Virus record (IMG/VR): IMGVR_UViG_3300033232_000031
Coordinates: 1 to 42,116 of that record
DNA from: a virus
Lineage: Duplodnaviria; Caudoviricetes
Length of the DNA stretch: 42,116 bases
Direction: 5' to 3' (one strand)
The translations under genes were made by a program, and so were the position numbers. Position 1 is the stretch's first letter; each line of letters begins with the position of its first letter. Below the pieces are notes generated by a model. That model was not told where the DNA came from. It worked only from the letters and a program-made list of their open reading frames with translations, and ran no database searches. Below, in pieces: positions 35,366 through 42,116 of the stretch.

Positions 35366-36520
35366 ATGATTGATATTGATTCCTTCGCAGAGTTCTGCAC
35401 TGTAAGACAACTAGAGGTACTAAAAACCATCAAAAGTACCGGATCACAGCGCAAAGCTGCACAGGAATTAGGAGTATCTAAAGGTACTGTGAGTGCCTGT
35501 ATTAATAGTGTTCGTGTAAAGGCTGCAGCAAGGAATATTCAAGAACATGCTAGTCCATGCAAGGTACCTATGGGTTACGCCATCAAAGGTACAACGACAC
35601 TGCGTAAGAATGGTGAAGAAGTCATGCAGTGGGTCAAGACAGATCGGGATGCACTGGCAACACAACAGGTACTGATTGACTTTGCTAACTCATTGAGTGA
35701 GACAGTCAAAGGTCTGGCCCCTTTTATTGCAGCGCCTGAGCATATAAATGATGACCTGATGTGTGTGATCCCCATTGGAGATCCGCACTTTGGTCTTAAA
35801 GTCTGGGCACAGGAAGGGGGTGCTAACTTTGATCTGGCTATAGCCGAGGCAATGACTCAAGGTGCTATTGACAGGCTTATCGCCAGTGCACCCCCAGCTA
35901 AGACTGCCTTGTTGCTAAATCTGGGTGACATGATCCATGCTGACAGTCAGAACAACACTACCACAGCAGGTACAACAGTGGATGTGGATGGTCGCTGGGC
36001 AAAAATCCAACAGATCGGTTTACGCTCTATGCTGTACTGCATCAACCGCCTGCTTGAGAAGCATGAAAAAGTGATCTTTCGCTTGAACCGAGGCAACCAT
36101 GACAAACACGGGGCTTACCAGCTGTCTATGATGATCAGTTGTTACTTCCATAACCAGCCAAGGGTTGAGGTCGATCTGTCCCCTGCTGCAGTGTGGTACT
36201 ACCAGTTTGGTAAGGTGTTGTTGGGTTCAACGCATGGGGACACGATCAAGGAACAGAACATGATGGGTGTCATGGCTGCAGACAAGTCCCAAATGTGGGG
36301 CGTGACCAAGCATCGTTATTGGTATGTAGGCCACGTTCATCATGTGAACAAGAAAGAATATCCTGGTGGCATTGTGGAGTACTTCCGTACACTAGCCCCA
36401 GGTGATGCATGGCATCATGGTCAAGGCTACAGGGCGGGAAGAGACATGTGCCTGATTGTGTTGCACAAGGAACATGGTGAGATAGAACGGCATCGCTGTG
36501 ACATCGGGATGCTCCAATAA
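35366..36520 (+). CDS. HTH + calcineurin-like metallophosphoesterase
   Basis: SQRKAAQELGVSKGTVS HTH; D.H (GDPH), GD (LGDMIH), GNHD, HG, GH.H motifs. Confidence 0.85.
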   Translation: MIDIDSFAEFCTVRQLEVLKTIKSTGSQRKAAQELGVSKGTVSACINSVRVKAAARNIQEHASPCKVPMGYAIKGTTTLRKNGEEVMQWVKTDRDALATQQVLIDFANSLSETVKGLAPFIAAPEHINDDLMCVIPIGDPHFGLKVWAQEGGANFDLAIAEAMTQGAIDRLIASAPPAKTALLLNLGDMIHADSQNNTTTAGTTVDVDGRWAKIQQIGLRSMLYCINRLLEKHEKVIFRLNRGNHDKHGAYQLSMMISCYFHNQPRVEVDLSPAAVWYYQFGKVLLGSTHGDTIKEQNMMGVMAADKSQMWGVTKHRYWYVGHVHHVNKKEYPGGIVEYFRTLAPGDAWHHGQGYRAGRDMCLIVLHKEHGEIERHRCDIGMLQ

Positions 36521-36562
36521 TGGCTTAACATTCAGCCATGTTCTTTCCTTGTTTTTCTAACT

Positions 36563-36749
36563 ACTGTGACCTAACTGTGACCAAATCAACAGTTTCCCCA
36601 GTAAGTATGGTGCCCAGGAAGGGACTCTAAACAGTCTTTTGTAGTGCAGGTTGATGCAATAAAACCAGAGTTCTCCAATGGAGTCTCTGGTTTTTGTATT
36701 TTTACAGAACGATATAGAATTGCCAAACTGTGACCTGACTGTGACCAAA
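36563..36749. mobile_element. attP site with tRNA 3'-end core and integrase arm repeats
   Basis: Core 36608-36627 reads GAGTCCCTTCCTGGGCACCA on the minus strand (T-arm/acceptor/CCA, tRNA-Leu-like); ACTGTGACC pairs at 36563/36574 and 36727/36738; adjoins integrase. Confidence 0.8.
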
Positions 36750-36750
36750 C

Positions 36751-37737
36751 ATGCCTACTATTCGTAAACGTCCTACCGGCTGGCAAGCCATGATCAGGCT
36801 TAAAGATCATCCCCCAGAGTCTCAAATTTTCGACACCAAAGCTAGAGCCTCTGCATGGGGGCATGCAAGGGAAGCTGAGTTGAAAAACCAAGGAAAATCC
36901 TTGGTCAAAGCTACCTTGCTGGATGCCTTTGAGAAATACCGCGCTGAGGTGTGCCCTGATCTAAAGTCTGGTGCCAATGCCTCTAAACGGCTGCTGGCGC
37001 TGTCTAAGATCAAAGACCTACTGCCTATGTCCAAACCTGTTGTTGAAGTCACAGCAGTCGATCTGAGCAAGTTCAGAGACACCCGCTTAGGTGTTGTTGC
37101 CATTGCAACTGTACGTAAGGAAATGACCATCATCAGATCTGTCTTGGAGTCTGCTCGTAGAGACTGGGGCATGATCATGATCAACCCGATTCAGGATGTC
37201 AAAAAGCCACCAGCACCAGCAGATCGTAAACGACTATTCACTGACACTGAAGCCAAAAAGATCATTGACTCTCTAGGCTACGTTGGTGAAGTCACTACGC
37301 TACAACACCAAGTGGCTGTAGCATTACTTCTGGCTTTTGAAACTGGAATGAGGGCAGGTGAGTTGTTACACCTGGAATGGCATGAGGTCTATCTTGACCA
37401 AAAGTATGTGCATCTAGATGAAACCAAGAATGGTACCGAACGTGATGTGCCTATATCCTCGAAAGCTGTTGATCTGATTACTAAGCTCAAAAGCCTTGAT
37501 AAGAACCACGTATTCACCATTACTTCAGCCAGTCTGGATGCCTTGTTTCGCAAGGCAAGAGACAGGCACAAGATCAAGAATCTTCATTTCCATGATAGTC
37601 GGGCAAACGCAATTACCCTATTATCAAAGAAGCTAGATATCTTGCCGTTGGCTCGAATGATTGGGCATAAAGATATCAAAAATTTGATGATTTACTATCG
37701 GGAGTCTGCTACTGAAATAGCAGATCAACTGGGTTAA
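36751..37737 (+). CDS. int: tyrosine recombinase (phage integrase)
   Basis: TGMRAGE (R), TKNG (K), FHDSR (HxxR), IGH, IYY catalytic set. Confidence 0.95.
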   Translation: MPTIRKRPTGWQAMIRLKDHPPESQIFDTKARASAWGHAREAELKNQGKSLVKATLLDAFEKYRAEVCPDLKSGANASKRLLALSKIKDLLPMSKPVVEVTAVDLSKFRDTRLGVVAIATVRKEMTIIRSVLESARRDWGMIMINPIQDVKKPPAPADRKRLFTDTEAKKIIDSLGYVGEVTTLQHQVAVALLLAFETGMRAGELLHLEWHEVYLDQKYVHLDETKNGTERDVPISSKAVDLITKLKSLDKNHVFTITSASLDALFRKARDRHKIKNLHFHDSRANAITLLSKKLDILPLARMIGHKDIKNLMIYYRESATEIADQLG

Positions 37738-37955
37738 AGCACTTTTGCCCACTCAAGAATTGCATCCCTTGACCACCTAGGCTGCTTAAAGCGATCAAGT
37801 TTAGGTGGAAAATGGGGCTGATGCTGTACTTCATTACGCACATAATTGTATGAAAAACCACAAACATCTGCCACATCTTCAAGTGTCATGATGATAGGGG
37901 GGTATGCTCTGGATAGAACTCTATTAAGTTCACTTTGAATTGTTTCAGTTGTCAT
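37734..37955 (-). CDS. excisionase / AlpA-like HTH
   Basis: MTLEDVADVCG.S...FP.......PRW....I.EW; convergent with int. Confidence 0.75.
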   Translation of the reverse strand: MTTETIQSELNRVLSRAYPPIIMTLEDVADVCGFSYNYVRNEVQHQPHFPPKLDRFKQPRWSRDAILEWAKVL

Positions 37956-38075
37956 GTTTAATAGTCCAAAAGTATCTTGAAAAAGTAAGGGTGTTAAACA
38001 AACAATTACGGGTGTATAACTTGAATCCTACTTGATTACCACAATGCCAAATAGTTTTGGCTATGTAATGCGGAT

Positions 38076-38408
38076 TCATGAATATTCAAAGGGTTTAATT
38101 AGTGCTTCGTAAACAGCATCACGATCTTTAAAACTCTCAAAAGACAATACTGTTTCTCTTAAAAAGTCTCCGTGACTATATGCCTCAATGCACACATCAT
38201 GTACACCTATACTTGGTGCATTGCAAGTTATACCATTTACTTTAATTTTTGGTTTGACCGCTCTAAATCGGTCTTTGCTAAATCCCTCAGAAATATATCT
38301 TAGTACATGGTTTGTTGGCTTGTCACACCAAGTTCCGTCCCCCGATTGGCATTCAATGTCCTTGCCGTCCGCGATGGCATGGAGGATTTCAGCATATTCA
38401 TGTTTCAT
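38076..38408 (-). CDS. hypothetical protein (110 aa), paralogue of 38748..39083
   Basis: MKHEYAEILHAIADG...YEALIKPF; AAGGAG RBS. Confidence 0.75.
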   Translation of the reverse strand: MKHEYAEILHAIADGKDIECQSGDGTWCDKPTNHVLRYISEGFSKDRFRAVKPKIKVNGITCNAPSIGVHDVCIEAYSHGDFLRETVLSFESFKDRDAVYEALIKPFEYS

Positions 38409-38409
38409 A

Positions 38410-38751
38410 TTACTCTCCTTGGTTCTTTTCCAGCGTCTGCTCAATCGCCTTGCGGGGTACCCTATTTGCTTCTAGTGCTGTGACACACATGTCGATCGCC
38501 TCTAGTATTCCCAAGGGCTTCGCATTGCGCTCGCAAACAAGGCATGGCTCGCCTGGTATGACTGCTTTCCATCCGCATGTTTCACACAGTTCGAGGGATT
38601 GCTGATCGTATGGTTGTGCCTCTGCTTCAGTGATAGCAGCACGGAGCGCGGTAATAGCGGCAACTCGCCGCTGTCTGCGTGGTTTTCCCATAGTGCCCTG
38701 ATAGGTCAAGGCATCAAGCGCCTGACGCGCGGCTTCAAGTAGGGCGATCAT
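38410..38751 (-). CDS. hypothetical phage protein (113 aa)
   Basis: AARQALDAL...AITALRAAI; CxxC...CxxC. Confidence 0.7.
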   Translation of the reverse strand: MIALLEAARQALDALTYQGTMGKPRRQRRVAAITALRAAITEAEAQPYDQQSLELCETCGWKAVIPGEPCLVCERNAKPLGILEAIDMCVTALEANRVPRKAIEQTLEKNQGE

Positions 38752-39083
38752 TTTGACTTATCCTTTACAAAAGGCTTGATCAGAGCAGCGTACATAGCTT
38801 CACGAGCCTCAGCCGTCGGGAAACATAGAATCGTTGGTTCTATGGTTAGATCATTACCTATGATAGTCAGCCTGTATTTACCATCAGATGGTGCCTCACA
38901 GATAATGTCGTTGACAACAATTTCTTTTGGTTTTACTCTAAACTGTTGATTAGGGCAACCAGAACTAAATAAGGTAAATACTTTAATTGGAGTCACATCG
39001 ACCCAGTGATCTTTGTTATATAAATACTGAATTGGCTCATCATTAGCGATAGCTCGTAGGATTTCTTTGTATTCCTGTTTCAT
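38748..39083 (-). CDS. hypothetical protein (111 aa), paralogue of 38076..38408
   Basis: MKQEYKEILRAIAND...YAALIKPF. Confidence 0.75.
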   Translation of the reverse strand: MKQEYKEILRAIANDEPIQYLYNKDHWVDVTPIKVFTLFSSGCPNQQFRVKPKEIVVNDIICEAPSDGKYRLTIIGNDLTIEPTILCFPTAEAREAMYAALIKPFVKDKSK

Positions 39084-39274
39084 ATTAGTTTTCTTTCTTT
39101 ACAGATAGCTATTTCTGCTTGGCATGCAGGACAATTATTGTTGAAATATTTAAGATTATGTTTTGTATGTTCTTGTATATTTACAAATAGCTCGTTGATT
39201 TCATTTTCTGTAGGTGGTCGTTTTCTCCATGACATCTCTTCTGCTAATCCAGGATATTGTGCGATGGTATTCAT
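39080..39274 (-). CDS. hypothetical protein (64 aa)
   Basis: ATGA-coupled ORF, AT-rich. Confidence 0.55.
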   Translation of the reverse strand: MNTIAQYPGLAEEMSWRKRPPTENEINELFVNIQEHTKHNLKYFNNNCPACQAEIAICKERKLI

Positions 39275-39286
39275 ACTATAAATTAT

Positions 39287-39616
39287 TTATTTTGGTTTTA
39301 ATTTCTTTAAAAATTTCAGCATAGCTTTAGCGTTTTCAAAATTTTCATTTGTTGATCCAGTAATCTTAGCTCTATAAGGTGAACCCATACAAAAATTCTT
39401 CTTGGTTTTACGTTTTACAGGGCATAGGTCATTACATCCACTTATATAGGGTAATTTACCTTTATATGAATAATATAAATCACATAATGGACAATCATGA
39501 ATTCCATTCTCTTCATATTTAGGATTATCTGGATTGCTTTTGCAAGCATCAACAATTTTTTGCCATTTAAAGATTGATCCGTTAAGCGCTTCAAGTGTTT
39601 GTTCTGACATGACCAT
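39287..39616 (-). CDS. Cys-rich hypothetical phage protein
   Basis: SI.KW..I, DCPLC, C...CPV, C..SPY pattern. Confidence 0.7.
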   Translation of the reverse strand: MVMSEQTLEALNGSIFKWQKIVDACKSNPDNPKYEENGIHDCPLCDLYYSYKGKLPYISGCNDLCPVKRKTKKNFCMGSPYRAKITGSTNENFENAKAMLKFLKKLKPK

Positions 39617-39668
39617 ATTATTTTCCTTGATGTTTTATTCTTGCCATGTCTACCAGTAACGCTGGCGT

Positions 39669-39974
39669 TTAGTCCTGAGTTTTATAAAGTACCTTTCGGA
39701 TTGCAATGATTGTTTGATTTACCATTGAATCATATGTAGGTAAGCCAGCATTGTTTTTTAGGTAAAGCACTTCCAGCGCTTGCTCAAGTGCATTGCGTTG
39801 CGCAATAAGATTGCTTGGTCTTGTGTACACAGGCATAGATGTCCTATCGTCATCCGTATCGACCGGATACACAGGGTCTTGGCATACACAATCCTCATCC
39901 CAACATGGCTCTCCATCCCTCCATGCAAGGTAAGCAATTGGCTGCTCTTTTTCGGTTACTTGTAGGGTACTCAT
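39669..39974 (-). CDS. hypothetical protein (101 aa)
   Basis: AAGGAG RBS; N-terminus MSTLQVTEKE shared with next gene. Confidence 0.7.
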   Translation of the reverse strand: MSTLQVTEKEQPIAYLAWRDGEPCWDEDCVCQDPVYPVDTDDDRTSMPVYTRPSNLIAQRNALEQALEVLYLKNNAGLPTYDSMVNQTIIAIRKVLYKTQD

Positions 39975-40023
39975 TTATCTCCTTAAGTGTGTCAACAATT
40001 AATTGATCGACTTCATCGGTCGC

Positions 40024-40278
40024 TTATCTCTGAGTTTCATTTAGAGCCTCAATTGCCTTGCGGTACTCTGGCGTGTAGGGGTTAAAACGCAAACCCTCAT
40101 ATGCGAGTTGCACAGCACCATTTAATGCTTCCCGCAGTTTCTCAACGCTCCGCTCCAGTTGCGCAATCTTCCCAAGCAGGATGTACTCTCGCTCTGCGCC
40201 CATTGAGTTAAGTCGTCTTTCTTCATCTAACTCACGCTGCAATTGCGTCTCTTTTTCAGTTACTTGTAGGATGCTCAT
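40024..40278 (-). CDS. hypothetical coiled-coil protein (84 aa)
   Basis: MSILQVTEKE...RLNSMGAERE. Confidence 0.7.
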   Translation of the reverse strand: MSILQVTEKETQLQRELDEERRLNSMGAEREYILLGKIAQLERSVEKLREALNGAVQLAYEGLRFNPYTPEYRKAIEALNETQR

Positions 40279-40293
40279 TTTGGTTCTTTAAAT

Positions 40294-41133
40294 TTAGTCG
40301 CCGCAGAAGCACGATATTGCCTCTTCTTTTGGGTCAAACATATTGCGCTGGTCTTTTGCAAACGTCAGCATTTGCGCGTAACTTGGGCGATCAACGCGAA
40401 AGTGCGCGCCGCTTGGCTTGCTTGCCAGTTGCAGTGCCTCTATCTTGGCCCACCACAATGCCCGCTCGGGCTTTTCTGCAATCAGCGAAAGTATCTGTGC
40501 CCCCCCTTTTAAAAAGCACAAATCACAGTTGCCATGCATCGTCACGCCGTTGTTATTTAACAGGGAAAGGTCGAATGGTTGCGAGCGCCAGAATGCACTT
40601 ACATCTTCTTTTGTGATCCCGGATCGCCCGAGCGGAGCGCATTTTTCCTCATGTTTGCCGTAGTTCTGGTTGCCAATCTTTGCCATGCGCCTTGGTTCGT
40701 CTGCCCTGATGCCCAGCATGGAATCCCACTCAGTCCACCCGATTGATTTCAGGTAACGGTGGATTGTCCGCACCTTCAATTCGACGGTGCAAAACCGCGC
40801 CACGGGATTCGGGACATAGCCGCGCTTTCGAATCAGCGCTTCAAACGGCTCGCCATTTCTGGAAGCCGTCTCAAAATCAGTGATCTTGAATTTCGGCTCA
40901 TCGTCGGTGTACGCCAGATACTCAAGCCACACTATCGGAACTTTCCAGTTCACAGAACAGTCGCGCACAAATTCAAGCGTTTCCTCACACTCTTTCCCAG
41001 TGTTAGCAAAGCATACAATCGCCTCACTTGGTAGTCCGCCATTGGCTTCAAGCACCCTATGCAGCATGTAAGCGCTGGTGCGGCCGCCGCTAAAACTGAT
41101 GCAAGTTGGTGATGTGATAAGGAAATGGTTCAT
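40294..41133 (-). CDS. PAPS-reductase-like (adenine nucleotide alpha-hydrolase family) protein
   Basis: ISFSGGRTS PP-loop, FANTGKE, RFCT.ELK, GIRADE, GNCDLCFLK, C-terminal CFCGD. Confidence 0.85.
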   Translation of the reverse strand: MNHFLITSPTCISFSGGRTSAYMLHRVLEANGGLPSEAIVCFANTGKECEETLEFVRDCSVNWKVPIVWLEYLAYTDDEPKFKITDFETASRNGEPFEALIRKRGYVPNPVARFCTVELKVRTIHRYLKSIGWTEWDSMLGIRADEPRRMAKIGNQNYGKHEEKCAPLGRSGITKEDVSAFWRSQPFDLSLLNNNGVTMHGNCDLCFLKGGAQILSLIAEKPERALWWAKIEALQLASKPSGAHFRVDRPSYAQMLTFAKDQRNMFDPKEEAISCFCGD

Positions 41134-41229
41134 TTGGTTTACCTTTTACTTAATGGTGAAAAAAATTTCATCTTACGGAGAATTGGTCAAACTCGTTGTA
41201 GTAGGCCGCGCTCATTCGTCGTGCCTGCT

Positions 41230-41799
41230 TTATTCCCCGACCACTTTAAAGCGGCCAAACCGTGGGCGGTAGTCGCCCAGGCCGACCATCATTCCGGCGC
41301 TGGCAAGGCTTTGGTCAATCTCACTCTTCTGGATGCTGTTTTCGTCATAGGCAATGCTGAAAGTGCATTCCCACTTCTTAAAAATGGGGCGGCAGCGGGT
41401 AATCTTGGCGGTGCCCACTTTCACGCTGCGCAGGTCAACAAAGTCTTTGTCAGCAAACAATTTTGCTGGCGTTTTTGGACCCTCATAGCTCAGCGACACC
41501 TTATCGTCCACTACGAGTGCAGCGCGCTTGATGGCTGTGCCAAGTTTGTGGATTTTTCCGCCGCCAATCAGAGCCGCAAAAATGTTGTAGCCCGGCACAT
41601 GCACGCCAGATTCTTCGTCAAAGTAGATGCCGCCCAGCCATTCCAGGCGCGACATCTCAAGCAAATCGTCCTCTGTTTTTTTGCGCTTGCCACTGATGAG
41701 CTTGATCTCTTTTGTGAGCGGGTCAAAGGGGTTTGCCAGCCGCTCAGAGTGCATGAGCATGGGGGTGGTGCCGCGGATTGTGTAAGTTGCTGTTTTCAT
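41230..41799 (-). CDS. stand-alone Cas7/RAMP-like RNA-binding protein (189 aa)
   Basis: Start MKTATY after AAGGA; N-terminal strand IRGTTPMLMH, VHVPG..I..AL, C-terminal G-rich loop L..AG..VGLGDYRPRFGRFKV, as in RAMP/Cas7 folds. Confidence 0.7.
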   Translation of the reverse strand: MKTATYTIRGTTPMLMHSERLANPFDPLTKEIKLISGKRKKTEDDLLEMSRLEWLGGIYFDEESGVHVPGYNIFAALIGGGKIHKLGTAIKRAALVVDDKVSLSYEGPKTPAKLFADKDFVDLRSVKVGTAKITRCRPIFKKWECTFSIAYDENSIQKSEIDQSLASAGMMVGLGDYRPRFGRFKVVGE

Positions 41800-41834
41800 T
41801 GCCGTGTCCTTGAAAGTTAAAAAAAATGCCGTTT

Positions 41835-42116
41835 TGGTGTTGCCACCGGAGAGCCCACTGTTGCCAATGGGCAATCCGCTGTAAACAGCCCTTGCCTATG
41901 CCTTGCCGGGCCATGCCAGGCCGCGCCACGCCGCGCCGGGCCTAGCCACGCCCTCTGGTGTTGCCACCGGAGAGCCCACTGTTGCCAATGGGCAATCCGC
42001 TGTAAACAGCCCTTGCCTATGCCTCGCCTCGCCCAGCCCCGCCCTGCCCAGCCGTGCCCGGCCCCGCCTCGCCAAGCCCTTTGGTGTTGCCACCGGAGAG
42101 CCCACTGTTGCCAATT
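41835..42116 (-). repeat. array of ~69-nt conserved hairpin repeats alternating with (GGC-NN)n tracts; truncated by window end
   Basis: Repeats begin at 41835, 41956 and 42082 (periods 121 and 126); 11 phased GCC-NN units at 41900-41954 and 12 at 42021-42080. Confidence 0.92.

Noticed and set aside
36608-36627. tRNA gene
   Set aside because: Only the last ~20 nt are present, with no anticodon or D arm; interpreted as the attP core
41125-41820. 231-aa plus-strand ORF
   Set aside because: Antisense shadow of the RAMP-like gene; no recognisable motifs and against the local gene direction
41744-42114. ORFs 41744..41929 and 41896..42114 (ARPG/ARRG-rich peptides) and the 25-aa N-terminal extension of 41230..41874
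   Set aside because: Translations of the repeat array; the 5-nt period is not codon-compatible and a good RBS precedes the ATG at 41799
41835-42116. Canonical CRISPR array
   Set aside because: Repeats are ~69 nt, the intervening sequences are constrained GGC-NN pentamers rather than acquired spacers, and no adaptation genes are seen

Overview
A 42 kb slice of a temperate, podovirus-like tailed phage, apparently in its non-integrated state: an intact attP with a tRNA-3'-end core lies internally. No replication genes are visible, so the genome extends beyond the window. Layout: leftward early genes (1-5.4 kb); a rightward morphogenesis operon (terS, terL, portal, GroES-like, scaffold, capsid, tail hub, three ejection proteins); a complete diversity-generating retroelement (tail-fibre target with VR, avd, TR, RT); a lysis cassette; attP/integrase/excisionase; and a leftward accessory arm. 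Two things stand out. (1) At the right end a stand-alone Cas7/RAMP-like gene lies downstream of an array in which ~69-nt conserved hairpin repeats alternate with tracts of perfectly phased (GGC-NN)11-12 pentamers. This suggests a non-CRISPR RNA-guided system whose information is in the NN dinucleotides. (2) The 1453-aa ejection protein contains a complete RpoE-like ECF sigma factor, and the phage carries six matching GGAACT-N14-GTGTCNAA promoters, suggesting a virion-delivered sigma factor. All protein assignments come from motif recognition by eye; no database searches were run.
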